From IMG/VR virus record IMGVR_UViG_3300025018_000291, positions 1 through 37,978 of that record: a DNA stretch of 37,978 bases; one strand, 5' to 3'. Shown here piece by piece: positions 26,907 through 35,965 of the stretch. This DNA is from a virus. Taxonomy: Duplodnaviria > Caudoviricetes. A model generated the notes under the pieces. The model saw only the letters and a program-made list of their open reading frames with translations, had not been told where the DNA came from and ran no database searches. Within the stretch, counting starts at the first letter, position 1; each line of letters begins with the position of its first letter. Both the position numbers and the translations under genes were made by a program.

Positions 26907-27831
26907 CCCGCAGCACCGCCTGGACGAGTTCGAAATCGACGAGGTCAGCGCGGTCGACCGCGCCGCCAACGGAGAGAAGTTCGTGATCACCAAGCGCGAC
27001 GAGCAGCAGGCCGACGGCGAGAAGGCCGCCGAGGACACCAAGGACGGCGAGCAGGCCCAGGCCGAAGGCGAGAAGGCCAGCGCCGAGCCCCCGAAGGACG
27101 GCGAGCAGGCCCAGGCCGAGGGCGAGAAGGCCGAGCCTCCGGCCGGTGGCGGTGGGGCCGATGAGCCCGCCTCGCCCGAAGACGAGGAGCAGGGCGACGC
27201 CGGCGAGGATGGGGCCGAGGCCGACAAGGCTGCGCCGGCGCACATGGCGCTGCTCAACGAGCAGGCCGCCGCGCTCAAGGCCACCGTCGACAAGGTGCTC
27301 GCGTCCATCGACGGTGAGGACGTCGACTTCAAGGCCGCGATGGACCACCTCGACTCCGTCTGGACGCTGATCTACAGCATGCGCGAGTCGGCGGGGGTGG
27401 TCCGGCTGATGAAGTCGGCGGGCGGCTCCGACCCGTTCGCGCCCATCGAGCGCTCGATCCTGACCAAGCAGGCCGAGCTGATCGCCGAGGCGCGCAAGGC
27501 CCCCGATGACGAGCCCGGCATGGGCGGCGATCCCGGTGCGCCCGAGGGCGAGGGCGGCGAAGAGGCGCCCGCGGGCACCGAGGGTGACCGCTGGGCGATG
27601 GTGCTCGAGAAGCTCGGCGCGCTCGACGAGAAGCTCGACCGGCTGCTCGAGACCCAGGCCAAGGACGCGGTGGGCAAAGCCCTCGGCGAGCTGCAGGCCC
27701 GCGTGACGAAGATGGAGGCGGTGCCGGTCGCGCCGTCGACCGGGGGCTCCGGTGGGGGCGCCCGCGCGAACGCTCGCAAGGGGGTCGACGTGGACTGGCC
27801 CTCGGATCTGAACGCGCCCGAGAAGGGCTGA
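26899..27831 (+). CDS. capsid scaffold protein with N-terminal EVSAVDRAAN protease strand
   Basis: Acidic/coiled-coil; 39-bp repeat 27040-27078/27094-27132; ends WPSDLN; precedes capsid gene. Confidence 0.75.
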   Translation: MPDPQHRLDEFEIDEVSAVDRAANGEKFVITKRDEQQADGEKAAEDTKDGEQAQAEGEKASAEPPKDGEQAQAEGEKAEPPAGGGGADEPASPEDEEQGDAGEDGAEADKAAPAHMALLNEQAAALKATVDKVLASIDGEDVDFKAAMDHLDSVWTLIYSMRESAGVVRLMKSAGGSDPFAPIERSILTKQAELIAEARKAPDDEPGMGGDPGAPEGEGGEEAPAGTEGDRWAMVLEKLGALDEKLDRLLETQAKDAVGKALGELQARVTKMEAVPVAPSTGGSGGGARANARKGVDVDWPSDLNAPEKG

Positions 27832-27918
27832 TCCAGCAAGCGCTGGTGAAGACCTCGGTGGCGTAGTAGGCTACAACGGCCGGCAGCGGTCGGCTCACAG
27901 CAGGAGAGGTACAGAGCG

Positions 27919-28863
27919 ATGTCGAATCGGCAGCTCATCCAGAAGGCCGACCTCGCCCTCGACGAGATCCGCGACGGTGGCGGGCTGCTCGAGCCGGCGA
28001 AGGCCAAGCAGTTCATCAAGGAGATGATCCAGTCGAGTGACCTGATGAAGAAGGTCACCGTCACCCCGATGGACGCGCCCAAGCAGCGCATCCCCCGCAT
28101 CGGGCTGAACAGCCGGATCATGCGACGCGGCACCTCGGCGACCGCCCTGAACAACGAGGCCGATCGGTCCAACCCGGACTTCGGCTTCGTGGAGTTGGAC
28201 GCGCAGCTCCTGAAGGGCGAGATCCGCATCCCCGACGAGATCGTCGAGGACAACATCCAGCGCGGCACCTTCCCCGCCCTGGTGACGGCGATGGCCCGCG
28301 AGCGGGTGTCGGCGGATCTCGAGGAGCTGGTCATCAACGGCGACGTCGACTCGGCCGACGACTACCTCGCCACGCTGGACGGCATCCTCAAGCAGGCGAC
28401 GCTCCACGTGGTCGACTTCGGCGGCGACCGGGTGAACCGGCAGAACCTCACCCTGATGCACCGGGCGATCCCCAAGCCCTACCGCCGGCTCAAGAGCAAG
28501 ATGGAGTTCCTCACCTCGGACAACGCCGAGGAGGACTTCCGCCTGCTGTTCGAGGACCGCGAGACCGACGCCGCCGACAAGCAGCAGTCGGACGCGACCT
28601 CGATCAAGCACCACGGCACCCTCATCACCCCGATCGGCCTCTGGCCCGAGGACCTGGGGGTGGGCGAGGACGAGACCAAGGTGCTGCTGACCGTGCCGAA
28701 GAACATCGTGGTGGGCTTCTGGCGGAACATCCGCTTCGAGGTCGACCGCAACGTCCGGGCCGGCTACATCAGCATCGTGATCACCTGCCGGATGGACGTG
28801 AAGTTCTCCGACCCCAACGCGGTGGTCGTGGGCGACAACGTCCTCAACCAGGGCTTCGCCTGA
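27919..28863 (+). CDS. major capsid protein (XkdG-like, HK97 fold)
   Basis: MSNRQLIQKA, GGLLEP..A..F, EDNIQ, DLEELVINGD, DGILKQA. Confidence 0.9.
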   Translation: MSNRQLIQKADLALDEIRDGGGLLEPAKAKQFIKEMIQSSDLMKKVTVTPMDAPKQRIPRIGLNSRIMRRGTSATALNNEADRSNPDFGFVELDAQLLKGEIRIPDEIVEDNIQRGTFPALVTAMARERVSADLEELVINGDVDSADDYLATLDGILKQATLHVVDFGGDRVNRQNLTLMHRAIPKPYRRLKSKMEFLTSDNAEEDFRLLFEDRETDAADKQQSDATSIKHHGTLITPIGLWPEDLGVGEDETKVLLTVPKNIVVGFWRNIRFEVDRNVRAGYISIVITCRMDVKFSDPNAVVVGDNVLNQGFA

Positions 28864-28871
28864 TCCTGATT

Positions 28872-28892
28872 CGCCGGACGCTTGATCCGGCG
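28872..28892. promoter_or_regulatory. operator-like palindrome after the capsid gene
   Basis: CGCCGGAC-GCTTG-ATCCGGCG, same arms and spacing as the repeated operator. Confidence 0.45.
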
Positions 28893-28919
28893 TCCGTTCT
28901 GAGCGACGATGCTGTGTGA

Positions 28920-28941
28920 CCCCCGGGGGATTCCCCGGGGG
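28920..28941. terminator. hairpin between capsid gene and YqbF-like gene
   Basis: CCCCCGGGG-GATT-CCCCGGGGG. Confidence 0.45.
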
Positions 28942-28968
28942 CAGACCACCCAGCCCTGGAGCAGCTCC

Positions 28969-29364
28969 ATGCCCAAGTACATCGCCACGATGGTCGAGGG
29001 TCCGGCGAAGGACTACCCGACGCAGACGATCACCGTCTTCGAGCCCAGGCCCGATGGCGCGAAGCCCCGGTCGCGCCGCAAGGCCCACCCCTTCACGCAG
29101 GGGCAGTCGCGCGAGGTCTCCGCCGATCTGGCCGCGATCCTCCGCGAGAAGCGACAGCCGGTGACCCGCGGCCCGCGCATGTTCGAAATCGAGGTGATCG
29201 ACGACAAGCCGAAGCCGGTCCCGCCCCGGCCCCGGGCGACCCGCGCGGCGAAGGCGGCCCCGGTCGAGGCCCCGGCCCCGGCCCCGGCCCCGGCCCCGGC
29301 GAAGCCGAAGAGCAGCGGTCGCAGCCGCCGGCGCTCGACGAAGAAGGCCAGCCCCACCTCCTGA
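28969..29364 (+). CDS. YqbF-like head-associated protein with PA linker and basic tail
   Basis: MPKYIATMVEG...FTQGQSREVS; directly after capsid gene, as yqbF is in the skin element. Confidence 0.6.
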   Translation: MPKYIATMVEGPAKDYPTQTITVFEPRPDGAKPRSRRKAHPFTQGQSREVSADLAAILREKRQPVTRGPRMFEIEVIDDKPKPVPPRPRATRAAKAAPVEAPAPAPAPAPAKPKSSGRSRRRSTKKASPTS

Positions 29365-29422
29365 TCCCACACCTCGCCGGGCTCTGCTATCCTGAGTCCG
29401 CGCCAACCGAGCGAGGTGCCTC

Positions 29423-30442
29423 GTGGTCCAGATCAACAGGGGGGAGTCCAGCTCGTTCGAGAATCCGACCCTCGATGTCTACCTCGAGCGCTCCGGCATC
29501 CCCTTCGCCCCCTTCACCCTCGAGTTCGAGATCTGGAGCACGCCCGACGGCGGCCCCGACGTGCAGACCTACCCGGTCGCCGGCCGGGCCGCGGTCGACC
29601 TCGACGCAGACGCCCTCGAGGTCGGCCACTACGTCGCCGACTGGCTGGTGCCCGACGACGAGGCCCTCGGCCCGCACGAGATCCGCTGGTTCTTCGTCGC
29701 CGAGGATGGCGACCCCGAGTCCTCCTTCACCGAGGATTTCTCGGTGGGCGATGCGGTGGCCGCCCGCGCAGACCGGCTGCGCGGCTACTGCACCGTCGAG
29801 GACTGCCGGGCGGAGTGGCTCACCGTGGCGATGGTCAGCGACGCCCGCCTGCGCGAGATGATCGAGGAGGCCAGCCGCGACCTCGACAGCTACTGCCGGT
29901 GGTGGTTCGAGCCCCGGATGCGCACGCTCCGGCTGGACGGCACCGGCACCCTCCGGCTCTACACCCCGGCCCCCCCTCTCCGCATCGACTCGATCTCGGT
30001 GGGCGACACGACCTACGACCCGGCCGACATGATCCTCGTCGAGGGCGGCCCGATGGAGGGGACGCGCTTCGAGGACGCGCCTGGGTTCCGATGGGACCCG
30101 GAGGCGACCGACGCCCAGCGCTGGCCGAAGGGCGAGCAGAACATCGTGGTGACCGGGGTCTTCGGCTACACCGAGGCCGACGGATCTGCCTTCGGGCGAG
30201 TCCCGCTCCCGATCAAGCGTGCCTGCATCATGCTGGTGGCTGGCCGGCGCACCCCGATCGCGACCGCGCTCGCCGGCGGTGGCGGTGGTGGAGGTGGCGC
30301 CGGGCAGCTCATCTCGATCCGCACCAAGACGCAGAGCGCGGCCTGGGCGCAGCGCCCCGCGAGCGACGCGCCGTTCACCGGCAACGCCGAGGTGGACCTG
30401 ATCATCAAGCGCTACCGCCGATCCGGCATCGCGAGCGTGTGA
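29423..30442 (+). CDS. head-tail adaptor with N-terminal Ig-like extension
   Basis: GYCTVED, ASRDLDSYC, NIVVTGVFGY, VPLPIKRAC, TGNAEVD. Confidence 0.7.
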   Translation: MVQINRGESSSFENPTLDVYLERSGIPFAPFTLEFEIWSTPDGGPDVQTYPVAGRAAVDLDADALEVGHYVADWLVPDDEALGPHEIRWFFVAEDGDPESSFTEDFSVGDAVAARADRLRGYCTVEDCRAEWLTVAMVSDARLREMIEEASRDLDSYCRWWFEPRMRTLRLDGTGTLRLYTPAPPLRIDSISVGDTTYDPADMILVEGGPMEGTRFEDAPGFRWDPEATDAQRWPKGEQNIVVTGVFGYTEADGSAFGRVPLPIKRACIMLVAGRRTPIATALAGGGGGGGGAGQLISIRTKTQSAAWAQRPASDAPFTGNAEVDLIIKRYRRSGIASV

Positions 30443-30443
30443 C

Positions 30444-30950
30444 GTGTTTCGAGGCTTCCTGATCTGCCCCTTCGTGGTGGAACTGGCCCGTCTGGACCCG
30501 GCCGGCATCGAGGCGGTCGATCCGCCCGGGCCGGCGACCAAGGGGTACGACACCCTCTACGACGAGCCCGCCCTCGAGGGGGCCGCCGACGCCGGCGTCC
30601 CGATCCGGCGAGAGCTGGACCCGAACATCCGGCTGCCGGCGCAGATCGACGATAAGGCGTTCGAGGGGCTGGCGATGGTGGAGGCGGGCAACGTGCCCGA
30701 CTCGGACATCGAGCTGACCCTGCACTTCGCCGACCTCGAGGCCCAGGGGCTGGTGGGCGCCGATGGCATGGCCGCGATCCGCGCCGGCGACCGGCTCGTC
30801 TCGATCTCTCGAGAGGACGGCACCGTGGTTATGACGCCGCGCGAGCCCGTCTACGTCACCGAGGCGCGCCCCGAGGGGTTCGCCCTGGCCCTGGCCAACC
30901 CGCACCGCAACCTGCTGTGCCTCAAGCTGGCGCCGCGACCGCAGGGTTAG
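30444..30950 (+). CDS. head closure/stopper protein (putative)
   Basis: Position, size, beta-rich, GDRLVSI. Confidence 0.55.
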   Translation: MFRGFLICPFVVELARLDPAGIEAVDPPGPATKGYDTLYDEPALEGAADAGVPIRRELDPNIRLPAQIDDKAFEGLAMVEAGNVPDSDIELTLHFADLEAQGLVGADGMAAIRAGDRLVSISREDGTVVMTPREPVYVTEARPEGFALALANPHRNLLCLKLAPRPQG

Positions 30951-30970
30951 CGCGCCCGGGGGACGACCTG

Positions 30971-31555
30971 ATGGCTGTGCGCCGCGTAGGCCAGTGGGAC
31001 CGGGCTCGTCGCGTTCTCCGCGCCGGCGGTGGGCCGCGCATGCACCGGGCGATCAACCTCGCTGTGCGCCGGGAGGCGCAGCGTCTGCGCCGAGAGATCG
31101 TCGTTGGGCTTCGAAAGGGGTCCAAGGAGTTCGAGCCGCTGTCGCCCCTCACGCGGGCCGCACGCCGGCTAAGCGGTTTTCGAGGTGGCAAGCCCCTGAT
31201 CCGCAGCGGCGAGCTGCGCAACTCGATCTCGGTGGTGGCCCGCGGCGACCGGGCCTTCGTCGGCGTCCCGCGGAAGGCCGGCGACAAGCTGGTCCGCATC
31301 GCCGAGATCCACGAGTACGGCACCCAGCCGTTCGTGATCCCGATCACCCCGAAGATGCGGAAGTTCCTGGGGGCGCTCTTCTCGCGCGAGCGAGGCCGGC
31401 GCAAGCGCCGCCGCGGGTCGTCCGGGCCTGCAGGCGTCGTCGTGATCCAGATCCCCGCCCGTCCCTTCCTTCGGACCGCCTTCGACCGCTGGAAGAGGAG
31501 CAACCCGCAGCGCAGGATGCTCGCCGAGATCGCGAAGGATATGGGGTGGACCTGA
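30971..31555 (+). CDS. phage virion morphogenesis/neck protein
   Basis: PLIRSGELRNSI, AEIHEYG, IPARPFL. Confidence 0.8.
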   Translation: MAVRRVGQWDRARRVLRAGGGPRMHRAINLAVRREAQRLRREIVVGLRKGSKEFEPLSPLTRAARRLSGFRGGKPLIRSGELRNSISVVARGDRAFVGVPRKAGDKLVRIAEIHEYGTQPFVIPITPKMRKFLGALFSRERGRRKRRRGSSGPAGVVVIQIPARPFLRTAFDRWKRSNPQRRMLAEIAKDMGWT

Positions 31556-32479
31556 ATGGCGGTGCCCTCCATCACGCTGATCACGCCGAACGCGGCCGTC
31601 GCCGACGGGACCGAGCTGGCCTACATCACCGGCGTCGACTTCGCCGACAGCGTCGAGGTGCGCTTCGGCGAGGCGGTCGCCGATGTGCTCGGGGTGATCG
31701 ACGAGGGGCCTGACCGCGTGGCCCTGGTGCGGGTGCCGAAGTTCGAGCCCGATCCGGCCGACGATCCGAACACCGCTGGCCCTGGTCTGGTCGATGTCTC
31801 GATCCAGAACCTCGACGCCGGCGGCCTGCCGGTCGTTGGCGAGGTGGACGTCTCGGCCGACGCCTTCACCATGACGAGGACGCCGACGACCCAGCCGAGC
31901 GAGCTGAGCCGGCTGATCGGGCGCCTCATCCTCCTGCTTCGCCGAGAGGTGGTCGCGCGGGTCACCCCCGGCGTCGCGGTCGACTTCGACCCGGACACCG
32001 GCGACGGACTTCGCGTGGTCGAGGTCGCCGAGACCCCGGCGATCATCTTGGCCGGGCCGAAGATGACGCCCGCCCTCCTCTGGCGACAGCGGGATCTGCG
32101 CGAGGAGGATGTCCCCGTCGGCCCAGCGGACGTGCTCGAGACGCGAAGCCAGGGGCTGGCGTACCACCTCGAGTTCGCGCTCAACCTCGTGACCGAGGCC
32201 GGAGCGAAGCGCCAGCTCCACAACATGATCGCCGCCGTCGGACGCTTCTTGAACGCCAACCGGCGGCTCTCTATGCTCAAGGTCGATGGAGACCCAGACT
32301 CTGGTACACTGCGGTGGCCGATGGTCGCGGGGCAGGTGCGAACGACCATGAGCACGGACCAGCGGCCGAACGTGGCCGTTTGGGAGGTCACCATCCTGGG
32401 GGTCCAGATCGACTCGGGACGCCCGCTGAACCGAAGCCGAGTCGTCGACGACGTGGTCGTCGAAGACGAAGCCCTGTAG
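31556..32479 (+). CDS. tail terminator-like protein with N-terminal IPT/TIG domain
   Basis: PSITLITP..G....ITGVDF...VEVRFG (TIG); precedes sheath. Confidence 0.65.
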   Translation: MAVPSITLITPNAAVADGTELAYITGVDFADSVEVRFGEAVADVLGVIDEGPDRVALVRVPKFEPDPADDPNTAGPGLVDVSIQNLDAGGLPVVGEVDVSADAFTMTRTPTTQPSELSRLIGRLILLLRREVVARVTPGVAVDFDPDTGDGLRVVEVAETPAIILAGPKMTPALLWRQRDLREEDVPVGPADVLETRSQGLAYHLEFALNLVTEAGAKRQLHNMIAAVGRFLNANRRLSMLKVDGDPDSGTLRWPMVAGQVRTTMSTDQRPNVAVWEVTILGVQIDSGRPLNRSRVVDDVVVEDEAL

Positions 32480-32490
32480 GGAGAACGCGC

Positions 32491-34698
32491 ATGGCCGCCA
32501 CCGAGCTTGCTTCCAAGGTCGCCGTCATCGAGACCCCGCCGGCGGTCCGTCAGATCCAGGGGGCCGCGACCGCGGTCTTCGGGATGGTGGGCGTCGCCGA
32601 GCGCGGCCCCATCGGCACCCCGGTCCTCGTCACCAGCTTCGCCGAGTACACCAAGCACTTCGGCGGCTACCTGAACATCGCCACCGCGCACCTCGCGCAG
32701 GCGGTCCGGGCCTTCTTCGCCGAGGGCTCCGGGCAGCTTTGGGTGGTGCGCACCGCGCACTACACCGACGTGCTGGACCCGACGACCCTGACGGCGGTCC
32801 GGTCGACGAAGAACCTCGTCACCCCCGGCGCGGCGACTCCGGCGCGGATCTCCGGCGGCGCGGCCCCCTTCGCCATGGTCGACGGCGACACCCTCGTCTT
32901 CTCGGTGGACGGCGGCCCCGACGACACCGCGACCTTCAACGGCACCGCAGAGCAGGTCCAGAGCGCCGGCGTCTTCCCCCTGGCCCTGGCCGACGGCCAG
33001 ACCCTGCTGATCACGATGGACGGCGGCGCGCAGCAGACGGTCACCTTCGCCGCCGCCGACCCGCTGATCGCCGTCATCGGCGCGGTCACGTTGGGGGAGG
33101 CCACCGCGGTCATCGCGCAGCAGATCAACGACGCGAAGGTCTGGAACGACGGCGCCGACATCTTCATCGAGTCGGAGATCGAGGGCACCGACAGCTCGGT
33201 CTCCGTGGACGGTGGCACCGCCGCCGCCGCCTTCGCCTTCGCCGAGAGCGTGGCCGGCGCCGGCAGCGTCGCCAACCTCGCCGCCGTCACCGCCGACGAG
33301 GTGAAGACGCTGGTGGAGGCCGCCGCGCTGCCGGGCGAGGTCGTCGTGGACGAGTCGGGCGGGCTGCTCCGCATCTCGACCGGCGACACCGGGCTGGCCG
33401 CCACCCTCGAGGTGAAGGGGGCGACCGCGGATGCCTTCGGCTTCGTCGAGGACGTGGTGCAGACCGGGGCCGACAGCAGCTCGGTCGACGTCTACACCGT
33501 CGAGGGCAAGACCCACGGGACCTACGCCGACGGCGCCGCGGTGGCGGTGGCCGCCGCGACCTCGGGGGAGGCCGCGCGCTTCAACACGACCGTCACCATC
33601 GACGGCGTGGTGAAGGAGACCTTCGTCAACCTGAGCCCGGACCCGACCGACGACCGCTACGCGGTGGACATCGTCAACGCCGGGTCGGACCTGATCCGCC
33701 TGACCGACCTCGACGTGGTCGGCAACCCGCGGCCGGACAACCAGAGCATCGTGCTCGCCGGCGGCAACGACGGGCTGGTCGACCTCGACGACAACGACTT
33801 CCTCGGCGGCTCGAGCGACGCCGGCCGGACCGGGCTGCGCGCCCTCGACCTGACCCTCGACCTGACCGTGATCGCGATCCCCGGCCGGGCGAGCGCCGCG
33901 GTGGCCAGTGGGATGCTGGCCTACTGCGACAACACGCGCGACGGCGAGGTCTTCGCGGTCATCGACGTGCCCCAGGCGCAGGACCGCACCGAGGTCATCA
34001 CGTGGGTGGAGACCACCGCCGCGCTCATTGGCGCGAGCGAGCAGGGCGCGGTCTACTGGCCCTGGTGCAAGGTGCTCAACCCGTCGAAGTCGATCTTCGG
34101 CAACGAGGACACGATCACCATCGCGCCGAGCGGGCTGATCTGCGGTCGGATGGCGAAGGGCGACGGCGCCCGGCCCGGCGGCGTCTACGACCCCCCGGCC
34201 GGCTCCGACGGCCCCGGCGTGCTGCTGAGCGTGCTCGGTGTCGAGGACGAGGCGGTGCTCGAGGAGGCGACCAGGGACCTCGTCTACCCGAAGCGGATCA
34301 ACCCGATCACGACCGCCCCGGGCCGGTCCTACTACGTGGACGGCAGCCGGACGCTCAAGGGGGACGGCAACTTCCCCAACATCAACGAGCGGCGCGGCGT
34401 CAACTTCATCAAGCGGTCGCTGCGCCGGGGCCTCGACTTCGCGCGCTTCAAGCGCAACGGCGAATCGCTGCGCGCCTCGGTGCGCCGGACCATGATCAGC
34501 TTCCTCGTGACGCAGATGCAGCGGGGTGCCTTCCGCTCCGAAGAGCCCGAGGACGCCTTTCAGGTGGTCTGCGACACGACCAACAACTCGACCGCCGACG
34601 AGTTCGCCGGGCGGCTGAACGCCAAGGCGCTGCTGGCCACCGCCAAGCCGACCGAGTACGTGATCATCGAGATCACCCAGGACACCCGGGCGCTGTAA
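32491..34698 (+). CDS. contractile tail sheath protein
   Basis: GVAERGP..PVLVTSFAEY, AFFAEG, YWPW, PSG, INPI, GSRTL, INERR, KPTEYVII. Confidence 0.92.
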   Translation: MAATELASKVAVIETPPAVRQIQGAATAVFGMVGVAERGPIGTPVLVTSFAEYTKHFGGYLNIATAHLAQAVRAFFAEGSGQLWVVRTAHYTDVLDPTTLTAVRSTKNLVTPGAATPARISGGAAPFAMVDGDTLVFSVDGGPDDTATFNGTAEQVQSAGVFPLALADGQTLLITMDGGAQQTVTFAAADPLIAVIGAVTLGEATAVIAQQINDAKVWNDGADIFIESEIEGTDSSVSVDGGTAAAAFAFAESVAGAGSVANLAAVTADEVKTLVEAAALPGEVVVDESGGLLRISTGDTGLAATLEVKGATADAFGFVEDVVQTGADSSSVDVYTVEGKTHGTYADGAAVAVAAATSGEAARFNTTVTIDGVVKETFVNLSPDPTDDRYAVDIVNAGSDLIRLTDLDVVGNPRPDNQSIVLAGGNDGLVDLDDNDFLGGSSDAGRTGLRALDLTLDLTVIAIPGRASAAVASGMLAYCDNTRDGEVFAVIDVPQAQDRTEVITWVETTAALIGASEQGAVYWPWCKVLNPSKSIFGNEDTITIAPSGLICGRMAKGDGARPGGVYDPPAGSDGPGVLLSVLGVEDEAVLEEATRDLVYPKRINPITTAPGRSYYVDGSRTLKGDGNFPNINERRGVNFIKRSLRRGLDFARFKRNGESLRASVRRTMISFLVTQMQRGAFRSEEPEDAFQVVCDTTNNSTADEFAGRLNAKALLATAKPTEYVIIEITQDTRAL

Positions 34699-34722
34699 GG
34701 CCCCGCTGCAGGAGGACGACAG

Positions 34723-35175
34723 ATGGCCGGTGAGCCCCTCGACTTCTACACGCGCCACGAGTACCTCGTGGAGATCGACGGCATCCAGCGCGCCGGCTTC
34801 CTGACCATGTCGGAGCTGGCAGTCGAGGTGACCGTCGCCTCTCTCATGGAGGGCGGCCGGGCCATCCCGCACAAGCGCCCCGTCAAGAAGAACTACCCCA
34901 ACGTCACGCTGGGCCGGGGGGCGACCGACGACCGCGACATCTACGACTGGATGGAGCAGGTCTCGAAGGCGTCCACCGGGACCGGCCTGAACGAGAACAA
35001 CTACAAGCGGACCATCGACGTGGTCCAGCGGGACCGCGACGGCTCCGAGCGCCGGCGGTGGACGCTCTACGGCTGCTTCCCCGTCCGCTTCGTCGCGGGC
35101 GATTGGGACGCCGACAGCGACGACCCGCTGATCGAGAGCGTCGAGCTGGCCTACGACTACTTCGAGATCGGATGA
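34723..35175 (+). CDS. tail tube protein (T4 gp19-like)
   Basis: VEIDGI..AGF, EGG, YPNVTLGRG, RRWTLYGCFP, IESVEL. Confidence 0.9.
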   Translation: MAGEPLDFYTRHEYLVEIDGIQRAGFLTMSELAVEVTVASLMEGGRAIPHKRPVKKNYPNVTLGRGATDDRDIYDWMEQVSKASTGTGLNENNYKRTIDVVQRDRDGSERRRWTLYGCFPVRFVAGDWDADSDDPLIESVELAYDYFEIG

Positions 35176-35215
35176 TCCAAGGCGCCGGCCCGGCGCCGCA
35201 CACCCAGGAGGACCC

Positions 35216-35965
35216 ATGCAGACCACGCTCCCCACTGGTCTGGTCTTGGACCTCCGCGGCATGAAGGTGCGCGAGCAGCGCATCTTCTCCGATCGTCGCC
35301 TCGCGAAGCGCGGTGGTACGATCGGGAAGCTCGTGGAGGACTGCACCGAAGGCGTCGTGGACGCCGGCCCCTACACCCTCAACGCCGACGGCTCGCTGCC
35401 GTGGCCGAAGGTCTGCCAGGGCGACCGCTTCGCCGCCGCGCTCGCGATCCGCGCGGCGACCTACGGCCCGCACTACGACTTCCGCTGGCACTGCGACGCC
35501 TGCCGCGAGCGCAACGACTGGCGGGTCCACATCCTCGAGGACCTGCCTCGCCGCGTGCTCGACCCGGCCGACCTCGAGGTCTTCATCACGACCAACCGCT
35601 TCGAGTTCGAGGTGGCAGGCGGGGTGGTCGTCTTCAAGGTGGCCGTCGGCGCCGACGAACAGGCGATGGCGCAGAACGCCCGCCGGTTCAAGGACGCCCC
35701 GATCTCCGGCGCCCTCATGACCCGGATCGTGGACGTGGTGGTCGACGGCGAGCCGCTCAAGCCGAAGGACCGGATGCCCTGGATCGAGGACCTCGGCATG
35801 GCCGACGTACTCGCGATCATCGAGGAGATGGAGCGGCGCGACTGCGGCGTCGAGACCACGATTGGGGTGGAGTGCCAGGACTGCGGGGCCGAGCAGGAAC
35901 TGGACATCCCTTTCGACGAGGGGTTCTGGCTGCCGAAGAAGCGTCGGTCGACGCAGGGCCGGTAG
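35216..35965 (+). CDS. tail assembly chaperone (two CxxC motifs)
   Basis: GDRFA...IRAATYG, CDAC, CQDC; between tube and tape measure. Confidence 0.7.
   Translation: MQTTLPTGLVLDLRGMKVREQRIFSDRRLAKRGGTIGKLVEDCTEGVVDAGPYTLNADGSLPWPKVCQGDRFAAALAIRAATYGPHYDFRWHCDACRERNDWRVHILEDLPRRVLDPADLEVFITTNRFEFEVAGGVVVFKVAVGADEQAMAQNARRFKDAPISGALMTRIVDVVVDGEPLKPKDRMPWIEDLGMADVLAIIEEMERRDCGVETTIGVECQDCGAEQELDIPFDEGFWLPKKRRSTQGR

Noticed and set aside
29268-29300. GCCCCG tandem repeat
   Set aside because: Encodes an ordinary Ala-Pro linker
31621-35346. 1241-aa minus-strand ORF and similar long shadow ORFs (4710-6845, 5375-6853, 13040-14695, 17463-19145, 24699-26327)
   Set aside because: Antisense or off-frame to well-supported genes; stop codons are scarce at this GC; no motifs
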